Under the pieces are notes generated by a model, which was not told the origin of the DNA, made no database searches, and saw nothing but the letters and a program-made list of their open reading frames with translations. A stretch of 63,986 nucleotides of DNA, the filler included, from Sanchytrium tribonematis (Eukaryota): assembly GCA_018985235.1 (NCBI GenBank). It is 5 parts of 5 records of this genome, joined end to end, with 100 filler letters (N's around TTAATTAATTAA, not from the genome) between each part and the next. Parts side by side here need not be neighbours in the genome. Positions count along the whole stretch, not along the records: positions 1 to 13,518 come from JADGIG010000187.1; positions 13,619 to 27,101 come from JADGIG010000188.1; 3 more parts are not named here. One strand, given 5' to 3'. The translations under genes were made by a program, and so were the position numbers. Every line of letters starts with the position of its first letter. The first letter of the stretch is position 1. Below are positions 10,134 to 23,631 of the stretch, one piece after another.

Positions 10134-12240
10134 TTATTCATACTCACTTTCAATACTAATTATAGACCAAGTTTTTTCAGCCTCTTTCTCTTCTTCACTC
10201 AATAAATATATTTGGTCTGGAAAAGAACAAAGTGGTAAAAGTGATTTCATCATTTTCTTTGTCTCAAAGATATGAACAATTTTGTACATTGTTAAATTCC
10301 ATATGTCGACCAATGAAGAATGGCAAGTTGCCATAGCTACAGCACCATTAATTGGCATGCAAACTAAATAAATTTTTTTTACCGATATGGGATGCTGAAT
10401 GTCTAAATTGAATTTTCTTAACCACTATTCCGTCTTGCATAACAAGACAACAACTTTCATAGCACAAAAATAATTGGGAATTAAATGTAAACGATTTGAG
10501 GCATCTTCCCAAGGACGTATCTTCATAAACACGATTAGAGGCCCCATTAGCATCATATAAAATAAAGGAACCACTACTTCCGATCACGACATTAGTATCC
10601 TGAGATAAATGCATGACGTCAATAGAGTCAATTGTGCCAGTAAAATTGAGTTCCTTGACTTTCATAAATTTAAAAAATGGCTGAGGAGCCCACTTTAAAA
10701 CATAAATAGATTTTGGTAACTGAATACACAAGTAGACTGCATCTTCAATAACGTCAAGATGATAAGTTTCACATCCTTTGGACTCTCTAATTTTCTTCAT
10801 TTTATACACAGTTTCAAATTGTTTTCCTGTCTTCAGATCAAAATCGGCAATATCTGTCAATTCATGAGTGGCAACCATTTCCTGTTTTCCAGATCTACTT
10901 ATCATTAGCTCTATATGCGGTATGACATGCATCTGTACATATCTTCGATTTGAAAGCGCAATTAATTTCGAATCTACGGAAGAAAAGCCAAATAGACCAT
11001 CATCTGTACCAATTAGTAAATGCTGACCAATAAATGTAGCGCAATTAACCTTTTTCGCCAATCTGCACAATCTCTTAGCTTTGAACACTACTTTTCTGTT
11101 AGCCATATTTGGATCAACTATTTTCATATTTTGTACCTGTTGTTGGACCTGCTGTACTTCAGGTTGTGGAGGAGATGTTGGTTGTAAAATAGGGGTAGGA
11201 TTTCCTTTCTCCTTTTCTCCAGTTTGATCTTCATCTTCACTTGCGCCCTCACTGCTTGGAACTTCTTCCTCTTTTTTAGCTTGCGCTTTTTCTTTTTTAG
11301 CTTGACGGGCCTTTTCTACCAGCTGTTTTATAATATCTTTTGCGCCTTGTTGTACTCGAACAAAAGGATGTTGTAATAATTGACGGGCTTCGGGTCTAGC
11401 ATCTGGATCTTTTTGCAATGAAACTTTAAGGTAGTCTTTAAATTCGTTCGACCATTTCCCCGGCTTTAATGTTGGAACCTCCATTTTAGGAATCATAAAT
11501 AACACTCTCATTGGATGCATATCGAACATAGGCGGCGCACACTCAGCCATTTCGATTGCCGTAATTGCTAACGACCAAATATCTGCTTTGTGATCATAGT
11601 ATGTTCCTTGTTGCTCACTAGTTATGACTTCAGGTGCCATCCAGTATGGAGTACCAATAAAAGTATTTCGTTTAGCTAAAGTCCGAGTCAATTGTGTACT
11701 TACACCAAAATCGGCTAATTTTACTTGCCCGTCTTCAGTAAGGAGTATATTTCCACACTTAATATCACGATGTAATTTTTGACAATCATGTAAGAATGCC
11801 AAACCTAACAAACTCTCTCTAATAATTACCATGATTTCTGTTTCTAGCAATGGCACTTTGGTGGATTTATAAGCACTTTCAACACTTCCACCACCACAAA
11901 ACTCCATACAAATCCATACAATTTTCTGACCCTTAACGGCTCCTTTTTTCATAAAACATCCAAAATATGCGACGATATTAGGGTGTTGACAGTCTCGTAA
12001 AAAATTGACCTCATTTAGCACTTCATCGAGTTCTTCACCAGGTTCCAATTTAACCAGCTTGACTGCAGCAATCACCCCGTCAGCTTTTCTTCTAGCTTTA
12101 GCTACTTCACCATATGATCCGCTACCGATCATCTGTAATAATTCGTAATGTTTTTCTGGATCATCTTTTGTTGTTAATTTGTTAAACTTGTCATCAACAG
12201 TGTCTATGGGAGCAATCTTGGATCCAGTTTGAGAACTCAT
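10134..12240 (-). CDS. STE20/GCK-family MAP4K kinase with C-terminal CNH domain (exons 12240-10383, 10363-10134)
   Basis: GSGSYG, HRDIKCGN, DFG, GTPYWMAPE motifs; CNH-like LLIGTDDGL. A 19-nt intron joins the last exon in frame. Confidence 0.92.
10364..10382 (-). other. 19-nt spliceosomal intron
   Basis: GTAAAAAAAATTTATTTAG; spliced product reads SHI-V-CMPING. Confidence 0.85.
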
Positions 12241-12527
12241 AGAAAATATGGTGTTTCAAATTTAAAGAATTTATTTACGATTTTTGTTACTAATCTTGCA
12301 GCATGTCGCTATTTGTTGATACCATAAAGAGTTTTTAAATCTTTAATAATCTGCAAAATTGATCAAAATTGACACAATCAGTATAAATGTATAAAAAGTT
12401 TAGTAATTCAACCCAATTGATTAAGAAGAGGTTAAAAATCAAGTAATTTTACGATTAAATCAAATTATGAGGGTTTCTCTTGTCAGGACATTTTCTGAGC
12501 AATATCTTACAAGCCACACCATAGTCA

Positions 12528-13518
12528 ATGGAAGATATCTGTAAAGTCTCTGGAAATTACTATCTCACAAATACTCACTACGCGTTTAAATATAAACACG
12601 GATCAGAATTGCAGATTATCAACGTTAAAACCAAATCCAATTTACCTGTAAATCAGTATGGGTGTGTAATCATTCCAGAAGGAGAATATTTAATAGAAAT
12701 TCCCAAGGAAGATGACAAAAAAGGGCTTCTTTCTATATTTTCAGGAAAGAGAAGAAGAAGTGCAAGTATCGGACAGTCGCAATTAAGTAATTCCGCAGGT
12801 GGTAGTATGACATCATTGTCGCCAAATATCAACAATTCAGCTAGTAGGCGAAAAAGCTCTTCATCTAAAAAGGATGAAAAAGGCCCTTCGAGATTGGCTG
12901 ATCTTGAAGCCTTAATAGAGAGTGACAGTGGAAAATCAGGTGACAATTTGCCAATGAAAAAGAATCCCTCTATTCCTGAAACATTATTAAGGGAATCTTC
13001 AACTCAGGAGCTAGGGTTGAATGTTCCCATTAATTTCTATTCTAAGAGAATCATTAGCGAACGAAAGGAAAAGGTGAATGCAAAATTGATGCTTAAAATG
13101 CTTCATCCATCTGTTGCGCAAGGTCACGTCAAAGCTTGTCTAAATTCTGTTAGTACGCAGTCCACTACATCTTACTTCATCGAGCTGCGGGATTATGAAT
13201 TGTTAATGTATAAAAATTTGACTAGGCAGCAATTAGTTAAAAAGCTACAGTTGACCAAAAATTCTCTGGCAGTCGTGGATTCTAGTCCTACGAATGTTGC
13301 ATCATTTGATATCATGCTGGATTCAGATATGTTCACATTTGAAGCAGATAACTATGAAGAAATGATAAGGTGGGTTGCAAGTATTAATACCGCTGCAAAT
13401 ACACTATATTTAGTTTCTGTATTGAATGACCAGCAAACGAGAGACATGGTTCGAGACTTGTTGCAAAGTGGTGCGAGAGATCAAAAATCTTCTGACTATG
13501 TTACTGAGGTTGCAACGA
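12528..13518 (+). CDS. PH-domain protein, 3'-truncated at contig end
   Basis: PH C-terminal signature FTFEADNYEEMIRWVASIN. Confidence 0.75.
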
Positions 13519-13618
13519 NNNNNNNNNNNNNNNNNNNNNNNNNNNNNNNNNNNNNNNNNNNNTTAATTAATTAANNNNNNNNNNNNNNNNNNNNNNNNNN
13601 NNNNNNNNNNNNNNNNNN
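13519..13618. other. Artificial contig spacer
   Basis: N44-TTAATTAATTAA-N44, stop codons in all six frames. Confidence 0.99.
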
Positions 13619-13699
13619 CTGCTTTATCCTCCCCAGCCTTTCCAATTCCCTATTTCCTTGTTATTAAGGAGGACCCCGCGTCTTAATCCGATGTTCTTT

Positions 13700-15863
13700 G
13701 GTATATTGTGGCCAACCCACCATCCCCAATTCTTCTGAATAAACCCAGTTGACACTCTCAAACTTTTCCAGAATTGTGCAGGATGCGAGAATCGAACACT
13801 AGTTCTCAGTTCGGTGCGAGGCGCGTTGTCCGAAGTGTCTATGCCGCAGCTATTTGCCAGGTTTAACTTGGTATAAGAATAGGGGACTTTAAATTTATAA
13901 AAATTATCAAACAAAGAATCTATTGCATTTGTAATATTAGAATAATACGTATCAATATCCTGAATATCCTGATTGACATTTGAAAATTGATTTCTGAATA
14001 GAGTATCCATAACAAATTGAGCAGCCATCTCATATTTATGTTTATACTGTGGATTATTTAAGTAATTAGTTGACCATCTTTTTATTGGGACATCTGTTGC
14101 GAATTGATCTGGAGGCGTCAATTGGATATCAATGTAACAAAGCATGTGATCAAATGATTCTTGTGTAAAAGTAATTAATTCCTCGATAGATTTAATAAAT
14201 GGAAGATCTTCCTTGATCAGTACATGGTCATTTGACGTATTCTGCTGACTTCCCCTTCCAAGTCGAGTAATTCGACCTATTGAAGGCACTTGGAAATGAT
14301 TATTCAATATGACGGCACGCATAAAGTCATTCCTAAAGTCATTACGAATAAAATCGCAATTTAAATCCCCAAAAACCATATCACTCCTTCTGACAAATTC
14401 GTTATCAAAATTGTCCATAATTCCGGGATCTGACTCGAAGCGGGGTGGTAGAAATACGGCAGATATAATATATTTTAGAATTCTGACTGTAATGGTATAT
14501 TTGGATCTATTTAAAAGTTGATAGAAATTCAACATTGGGTTTAAAAGATCTGGATGGACAGCTATAGCATTACCAGAAGTATATTTAGATTGATAATTGA
14601 CAGCTTTAATTAATGGGCTTCAGGGTTCATATCCATCTCGAATATGCGTCTCAGAAACGGAACAAACTGAAATATTGTGATTAATGAAATCAGCCAGATC
14701 ATTTAAATGTAATCGCATGGACTGGATATTGAATAGTCTTTTATAATTAATAACAGGATGTATTTGCAGTAAATTACGTGGAATTGCGTAATTTGGAGAA
14801 AACAGGATCAATGGATTTGATCTCCAATTAAATTGATTTAAATCATTAAAATATGGTAGTTGCACCAGGTAATAATGTTGAAAAGGAATCCGGAGACCGT
14901 AGCGAGTAATAAATAGCTTGTGAGTGTCCAGTTGTTTTTAAAACTTTTTATTTTGTTTTGATTTTATTTTAGATACAACTGGGTTGTTATTGTTGAGTAG
15001 TATTACTCGGCTCAATATTTGCAATTTGTGCAGGTGAATTATATGCTTGTGGGTGTCTAATTTGATTTAAAACATTTCCATCTGTGTTTTCTAAAACCAA
15101 GTTGGTATTTGAATTAATTACACCAATATTTCTTTCAAATTCAGTAATTAATGATTGAATTTCATTGAAATGGGTACTCAGGGCATGTTTATCAGAATAG
15201 AGCATCTCTCCAAACTCGCAATTAATGACATGTTTTATCAAGTGTCGGTGGATGTTGCGAATTTGTGGTTCATCCGAGGCATATCGTTTTTCAATTTCAT
15301 TGCGTAGCACATCAAATAGAAACATTGAATAAACACCTCGACTCATTTCATTGTGACAGTATTCTTTTAAGAATTGAACTTCTTTGGAAATGGAGAAATG
15401 GCCAAATAAATTGTCATTCAAATGAAGAGAGAAGTTGTTAAACTTTATAAAAAATTTGGCATGTTCTGCCAAATTACGAACTGCAATTAGCTCATACACA
15501 TGCACTGGCACATAGGCATCAGTCATTTCTTCTGATCTAAAATTAGAGGGAATATTGAAATCACAGAGGAAGAAAGTGGAATAATAACAGGGAATCTTAA
15601 TAAATTCTCATTGATATGCAAACATTTCTCTGAACATTGCACCAATAATTCCGGGATGAATAGGTGTGGGACTCACCAAATGCAGAAAATAGCTTTCAAC
15701 AGGGTAAGTAGCACCAAAACCAGTAAAAGAAATGTATTCTTCCTCTTCAGCGTTTGAGCTAATGGAACTTAAACCACCAAAGGCGGGATTTCTATCAATA
15801 AATTGTTGATAAGTGAAATTTTGAAAATGGAATTCTGTGTCTAAAGTGTTAGTAGATTGAAAC
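13700..15863 (-). mobile_element. Degenerate non-LTR (LINE) retrotransposon fragment: upstream ORF plus APE endonuclease
   Basis: EEP motifs FNIQS, SVSETH, GDLNC, NDHVL and FDH, broken by stops. ORFs 15608-15973 and 14987-15526 share a frame split by one TGA. Confidence 0.75.
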
Positions 15864-17160
15864 ATGAGACACCTGAAGAGAGACTGTCCAAAATTGATTA
15901 ACAAGAACAAACAACACAACAAGAAAGAAGATCCAATGGAGATGGATTTGGTACAGTCCACTGTACATAGCATTATTGCGCAAAAAACTCGACCAAATTT
16001 ATTAGTGAAAATCCAGGATCAAGAATTTAAGGCTTTATTAGACACAGGAAGCTCTGTATCCTTTATTTTCCGGTACAACAATATCTAAATTAAAAGAAGT
16101 AGATATGAGTGACTGTACTAGACCATTCTTGGGTTTTGGTGGAAATGAAGTTTTAGTCAAACAAGAATGTAAAATTAAACTGGAATTAACTGGTTTCAGT
16201 CCCACTATGCTTTCCACCAGGAAACTATATGTGGCTGATAACATGAAAGTGGATCTATTATTAGGAACTGATTTTATGGAGAGTATGCAAATCTTGATTT
16301 GACAAATAAGGAAATCAAATATGCTGATTTCAGTTACAAGTATGGAACACTAACTCATCTGATTCCCTCTTTATAAATGTACGATGATGATGATAAATTA
16401 CAGATTTTAAATGTGCAGCAGGAGACAATTTTAGAATCTGATTCTGATGGTAAAAATGAATTACCACCAGAACCAATCATTCCTGCCAGCCCTTGTTTTA
16501 ATGAAAAACGAAGACAAGCATACAAGACAATGGTAACAGAGTATTAGAAATTCATTGAAAGGAAACCAACATACATCAAGGATTACATTTTTACAAATGA
16601 ATTGATTAGGGAAGTCCCAAAGAGAATTGTGAAACCATATGGGATTCCTATTAAACTTATGAAGAAAGTGAAGAAGAAGATCAAAAAGATGATAAAAGAA
16701 GGAATATTGAAAGAAGTTAGTGGCGCATCCCACATGGTTCCAGGATTCTTTGCGGTGAAACCCAATGGAGAATCACGGTTGTTAATGAATGCCAGGTATT
16801 TAAACCGATTTTTGGCTGGAAGATCAGTCCACATTCCCACCATAAACGAACTATTGTACAGAATTACAAGATGTATGATTTCCACAGCAATTGATCTCAC
16901 AAAGGTCAGAATTGATGAGTCATTTGCCAAATTTGTAAACATTACATTACCATTTGGGATACAGATATTTAAGAATGCCCCAAGGATTGTGCACTTCAGT
17001 GGAGGCATTCCAGGAAATAATGCAAAGTCTTATTGGACATTTACACTTTGTGTTAATTTACTTGGATGATATTTTGATTCTATCCGAATCTGCTTTATTT
17101 GCTCACAATGCTCGAATCAATTTTAAGAAAAGCCAATTCGTAACAAATTCATTGAAGTAA
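15864..17160 (+). mobile_element. Ty3/gypsy LTR-retrotransposon fragment (knuckle remnant, protease, RT), frameshifted
   Basis: HLKRDCP, PMEMD, ALLDTGSS, YLRMPQGL and YLDDIL motifs in several frames. Confidence 0.85.
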
Positions 17161-17166
17161 AGAAGA

Positions 17167-19400
17167 ATGACATTAATAAATACTTTGGATAACATGCCAG
17201 ACAATACTATTTCGGAATCTAGTCAAAAATGCATTATTGAATATAAATTTAATGAAAATGAGGTTTCTTTCTCAACTTGGCACGAAGGTTTCTTGAGTCT
17301 TACGCAGGCACTTGCTGTACCGCAAACAATGTACTTTAGAGAATTGATGAAGAATCTGAGCCAGCAGCATGTGAGCTACGCTATGAGCGTACTCACATTT
17401 GTGAGATTTTTAACATCTAGATATGTTCTTGATGTTAAACCTGTCGATTTTTATCAAATGAAACAAGGTAGTAGCTCTGTGGAAGTCTATGTAGATAAAT
17501 TGCAAAGATGCTCCACAATTGCTGGAATTAAAGAAGATGACTTGATTGACCATTGTGAGGCAAGTCTTCGTGATGAGATTTCAATTGTGTTGATTTCATC
17601 ACAGTTTGGAAGCTGGGTGGCTGCCAAAAGAGCAGCTTTGGATATTGAGAAGAGATTAGGCAACAAAGAAAAACAATCCAGTGGTAATGGATATTGCTTC
17701 CATTGCAAGATCACTGGCCATTTTACTCCAAACTGTCCAATCAAGAACAAAGTGTGCTCAAAATGCAAGGTTAAAGGACATATGCCAAAGATTGTCCTCA
17801 AAAAGATCCTGATCAAGAATGAGAGAGATCCAGAGATGTGACAGTGAACAACATTCAAAATGATACTGATACAGTAAATATCAGTTCCAATTATTTAGAT
17901 GTTCATTTTGATCAAATTGCTTTTAAAACTTTGCTTGACACTGGTGCTGATTGTTCCTGTGTAAATGAGTCTTTTGCAAAAGCAATAGAAAGACGAATTA
18001 TACCTGCTGATGCTAATTTATACCGTATTTGATTACAAAACTGGTTTTAATCAGATCCAAGTAACGCCAGAGACGTCAATAATTACATCGTATGTCACTA
18101 GCAAGTCGCAGTATTACAGTGATGGGCTCGGTCAAGGATTGAAGCAATCCTGTGGTCTGTTTCAACACACGACATCCCAGTTGACATCTGAAATCGAGAA
18201 TCTAGCTCACTATATTGATGATGGGTAATGATTTACAAATTTCTTGGAGGCAATGAAGTACTTATCAAATCAGACAATGAAGTAGCCATTTATCTATTAA
18301 ACGGCCAAGGAAGGAAAAAATCTCCAAAAATCTACAGATGGAATGAATCTATTCAGAAATATTCATATTCCGCAGTCCACATCAGTGGCAAGTCAAACAG
18401 CATTGCGGACATACTCTCTAGATCACATGGAGAATGCTGCTGGAGTAGATGATTACCAGAATTTGGGCATTAACCAAGTGGAGACACGATCCAAGAAAAG
18501 AGCTAGAATGGAGGAGGAAAAGGATACTGACATTGTACCAGAACCAGCAGCAGCACCTGTAGTGGATCGTCGACGTGATTTAGCTAAATGCCATTGCAAT
18601 TTGAATTTATCTGATAAATTGCTCAAATGTATCAGATGTGGATTGGGTACTCATTTGACATGTATTGGATGGTTAAATACAGTAGATGCATTTCAATGCA
18701 AGTCTTGCATGGATTTGATGATCAATCCAGGGGCAGTTGATTCAAAACAGGAGCAGCAACTTTTAAAAAAAGCACATTTATCTCATCCAGGAATACACGG
18801 CATGAGAATCCTACTTAAGAACTATAAATGGCCAGGTAGGGGCAAGGATATTATCAGCAAAGTGACTCAGTGTCGGTATTGTAAACAAAAGATGCCACCC
18901 AAAATGAGTGATTTGCAATTAAGATTGCCAAAATACGTCAGTCACTACTGTGGGTTAGATTTAATGAGCATAAATGATGACCAAATAGATTATAGATACT
19001 TGGTATGTGTGTGAGAGTACGTGACAGGTGCCATATCAATTTACCCAACAATTACAAAAGAGCCCAAGGAAGTACTAGCGGGTTTATTAAAGTATGTAGC
19101 AGCATATGGACCAATGGCAGTATTGTGTGCTGATAATGGTAATGAGTTTAAGGGGTTATTTGCAAGATATTGCAAACAAATGAAAATTGTGATTCAGACG
19201 ATAACCAGCAAAATACACCTTGAAAATGGCTATGCAGAATCAGCAGTGGCCTTGGCAAAGACGAATATAAGAATGGCAAGATTGGATATCCAGATTCACC
19301 ATTCGGAACAATTGTGGAATTGGCAAATACTTGGTTCAATGCAAATCCAAAAAGTAGCACGTGTATTTCCCCAATTTGACATTGACATCTGGCATGATTG
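17167..19400 (+). mobile_element. Second Ty3/gypsy element: gag (2x CCHC), protease, deleted RT, RNase H, PHD finger, integrase; degenerate
   Basis: CFHCKITGH, LLDTGAD, YIDDG, HISGKSNSIADILSR, C4HC3 finger, H-HPG..CRYC, GLDLM/ADNGNEF/NGYAES. Confidence 0.88.
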
Positions 19401-19404
19401 AGAG

Positions 19405-20472
19405 TGGTAGTAGTGGATCTACAATGGGACCTCGGCCACCTGCTATTAAGTTGAGGGGTGGATGAACATTATGTGGTTCTCAGGATGCTTGTACGCATTA
19501 CTAGGAGGCGGGTGATCGGTATGTTGGTAGGTTTCTTTCCGGTTTGCCAAATCACAATGAGGAGTTTGCGATGTTGCCCCCTGAATTTGATGAAGAAATG
19601 GACACTGATGAAATTAGAAGTGCCATCGAAATGACTTTTAGTAACTTGGCTCCTTCACAATATCACATGGCACAGTTTTTATTGGCTTCTTTGGATTATC
19701 ATAGTGGATATATATTTGCAAATTTTCATTCAAATCATTTATTGTTCAACAATCCTTTATTTAAAGATCCAGAAATGATGCAGCATCTTAAATCCCATGT
19801 CAATATTCATAATTTTACTTCTCCCAAATTAAATGCAGCTGGTATTCTTCCTTTTGCAAATGTACTTTATCAATTAGCAGGATTGACAGCAGCTGTCAAT
19901 AATATTGGGAGTATTGGTGATGCTGCACAACAGACTGTAAATGGTGTGGTTGAGGAGTTAGAGCAGAATTCTGTTCAAATGAATGTTGTGACGTATGATT
20001 ATTTAAATAGTAGCTTGAGGGATGTAGTGGATGTAGCCATTAGAAATGCATTAGATGATAGTAGACTTACTCCAAATGCTCCACCTATTGAAACTGAACA
20101 ACCGGAAACTACACAAGATTCGAATGGGCATATTATTTATTCACACAATAATCGACTCAATTTGTTGCCTGCAAACTACAAAATACCATCAACTACTGTG
20201 CCAAATGTATTGCACTTGTATTTTCATGTGAAAAACGTAATGGTATCCCTTCACTTCGAATTATTACTCCTGACGATTTCAATGTCAAAAATTACAGGAA
20301 AAGAATATCTGAACTAAAAAGATTGGTTAGAAAAGTTATAGTTGATATTACATTGCAACCTGATATTCGTGAGATAAACGAAATGTGGAATAATGCCATT
20401 GTGACATATGGAATTCAAATGACAAGCAGAAGAACAACGCAGATGACTTGGACTGCAAATTCGTTGATTTAA
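19405..20472 (+). mobile_element. Crypton-type tyrosine-recombinase transposon relic (C-terminal part)
   Basis: SSGSTMGP..AIKLRGG*TL.GSQD...EAGDRYVGRFLSGLP...FAMLPPEF; ends RRTTQMTW. Contains stops and frameshifts. Confidence 0.75.
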
Positions 20473-21155
20473 AATGTTAGTAAATGATTATTTTAAGAGT
20501 ATTTGGGCCCGAGTAACTTTGTATTATCCTAATATTACACAAATGCTTGACTAAAAACCATTAAAATTACACAAGAATAATTGAATTTGTCGGACATTTT
20601 GTCCTACGATTTTTGTGTAACTGGTGACTTTGTCCGACAAAAGACGGACACTTAAGACTACATAAATAGAAGCAGATCCCCAGAAGAGAACGAAAACAGA
20701 TTATGAATAAACACGTTATTGAATATGGGTGATGATGCTAACAGATGCATACTGAAACATTGCAAGAGTTATCGAAATAGTTTGAATTTTTACTATTTTG
20801 AATTCATACTAATTGAATGTAGTTTTTGGCCATTAAAAGATTTGTTCCTTCATAGTAGGGATCTTCTCGCTGGTTTTTCTTTTCCCACTTGTAAAACCTC
20901 TTTTGGAATTTTTGACTTAAAGTTGTTTGAAGTTTCTGAATTCAAATTGATAGGTAGTTCATAAGCTTCACAAAAATTTTGAACATCGCCCTTGATATAA
21001 TTATAATTCAATACAGATGAGCAAAATTTTATTAAGTCGTCAGTGTCAAAATTGCATTTGTGAAAAAATTTCAATACGTTAAAATTTATAATTTAATATA
21101 TTGTTTGAATCAAATTGACATTCTTTCTTGCTAATGCCGTGGTTTTTCCTACAAG

Positions 21156-21330
21156 ATGATTTTGACTATTGTTGACAATTATAGTGCGCATTCTTATGAC
21201 ACCTTCATTTAAATCTAGTTTGAATCGTATTAAAAGTGCATTTCTTCCACCCAATTTAACGTCGCAACATTCAAACCCTTGATGCCGGATTATTTTACTC
21301 TTTGAAGTGTAGATATATGAAAATGTATAT
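21156..21330 (+). pseudogene. pogo/Tigger-like DDE transposase relic
   Basis: ILTIVDNYSAH...FLPPNLTSQH then a frameshift to IQTLDAG. Confidence 0.65.
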
Positions 21331-22487
21331 CAATGATTAAATGAAAGCATTAGATATATTAACAAGAGAGGTCAACTTTAAACAAACAAATTTTAGATCA
21401 ACCATATGAAATCAATTATAATATTCCAGAATCGTTAGATGAAGAGTCAAAATACCCGTGCACATTCATCAAGTAACTTGAGAATAATGTAATGGAACTT
21501 TCGCGGGTACAAAAGAATATTCAATCAATAAGAATCAAACAATTTACTTGATTTACAACCTTACATTCTAATTTTACAAGAATCTAAAAACAATAAATAC
21601 TTGCCACATATAAATAACTACACTAAATGGGATCTCTCGAATTCAAATTTACATCATAAACAATACTTGTTCATCCATAATTCTGTCACAAATGTTAATA
21701 GAATAAAATTTATTGAAAACTGTTTACTTTCAAAATAAATGGATTTTCAGTATATCAAAACTAGAAATATAGAATTCATAAAGTCAATACTCAATGAAGC
21801 AATCTTACACATTGCCTTTATTTGTGGCGGGGTAAACTCAAAATCAGACCTTTTTAGCATTAAAATATTATCTATTTGATATTTCTTATAGTTATCATAA
21901 TACACACAAGTACAATGGTAAATTGAAATAAAATCTTAAACCACTTCTGGTCTCATTCCAGTCTTCAACATGCAGTCAGATCTTTAACTACTATACAGAG
22001 ACCGGACAAATACATTTCTGACAACTGGTCCTTCATCATTGAATTTGAAACTGATAAAATGATGCTCTCATCAGAAAAGACTATTCAAATTCAGGAAAGA
22101 TTATTCAAATTCAGGAAACAATACCAGTCAATGCTGCAGTATTTACTAATCTTTCATCAAATGAAATTGACAATTTTTTACCAATCGGTATGTCCCAAAT
22201 TTCCCTGAGTCTTGCGTTCTTACTAGTAATATAAAAACAATGAATAAATACATCAAAAGGAAGCAGCAAACCCCCGAGTCAAATTCGAGAAACCAAGAAA
22301 CATTCTTTTAACGAAAATCAAGCAGTGTCGGATGAAATCTAATTCTGAAATGGAGAAAAGGTCTATCAGAACGAATTAAAAGTATTTTTTGGACGCGGTT
22401 TTCCAGAAATTTTGATAAATTTGAATTTTAAAAATTCCCAGAATTTCTCAAATCGCTAAATCGGGGGAAATGCCTCATATATATTTA

Positions 22488-23625
22488 TTACTGGCATCTT
22501 CTCTTTCTGACATCTTCAGCAGCTGTTCTCCAGCTAATTTGGTTGATTTTTCTTCTTCTTCTATTTGTTTTAGTTCTTAACAGAAAATTAAGCTTTTCGG
22601 AGTTCAACATCAACGTCGTAACAGCATTGACATCTTGAATGGTAGGATCATCCACTCACATACTCGCTGCTCTTGTTTGAGCTTCTAAAAATTTCATAAT
22701 AACTTGAAAACCACAAAATCGCTAATTCGGAATATGCTGTGGTAAAATCAAACGGTACGGAGTAATGTGATGTTGAGGATCTTCAATGCTTTATAACTGA
22801 AAACCAGTGCTTATATTTACAGAGGGAATCTTGAAATTTGCTGGCAATTCACTTCCCATAAACTCTACATATTGTTTTCCTATTTTTCAGCAGCTGGTTG
22901 TTCAATTGGGACACTATTATTGCCACTATTTATATGTTGAATGGCGTCGATTACATCATTTTGATTTAAAATTTCCAAAACAGACTGTTTCAATAAATCA
23001 GTCAGACCTTACCTAGTAACTGTTGCTGCATCAATTGCGCGCTCTTCAAGTTCATTTTTATCAAAATGAAGAAATTTGCGTCCAACATGCATATCGACAG
23101 CAAATTCATATCTTAAATATGTATCTTGCACTCCAGGTAGTGACCAACCTTCTTTTAAGTGAATTGCAGTCGAAGAAGGACAAGCTATAGATCCACTAGA
23201 CACATAAGTGGCAGCACCCTTGCGAACCGAGTGTGTCCCAATATCTACTGCATGTAAACCACGCTCTAAATTTCATCAATGATTTCGAAAATCTATGGTA
23301 TTGTGAATTACTAGGAACCAGCTTATTTTGATTTGGTACAGTTGGTAATACCTATAAATACACTCCTAGTGCTAGTAAAGGGCATATTTCTGGTGAAATA
23401 GGATTGGCATAAATGTGAAGAGGATCTCTTTTGCGATTTCCTGTCTGGTCGTTTTCATAGGAGCAAAGTAAATACAACGAGAATCATCTCGCCACTCCAG
23501 ATGTTCAAGACAAATACTAACATTCCCTGCACTACACATGAGATTCCAACAAATTAAAATAGAGCATCTTCCAAACACATTTTCTTCTTCTTTACTTTTT
23601 AATAATGAATCACAAATAAACTAAT
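22488..23625 (-). mobile_element. Second Crypton-type tyrosine-recombinase relic
   Basis: CWNLMC, HIYANP.SPEICP, DIGTHSVRKGAATYVSSGS, GWSLPGVQDTYLRYE; ends RRRRKINQISWRT. Many disruptions. Confidence 0.8.
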
Positions 23626-23631
23626 CACTTT

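Noticed and set aside
5705..12240. Ras GTPase near a CNH-domain MAP4K as a functional cluster
   Set aside because: Unrelated genes lie between them; proximity is expected by chance in a dense genome.
20586..20641. 11-bp inverted repeat TTTGTCGGACA/TGTCCGACAAA
   Set aside because: Possibly a TE end remnant, but too short to assign.
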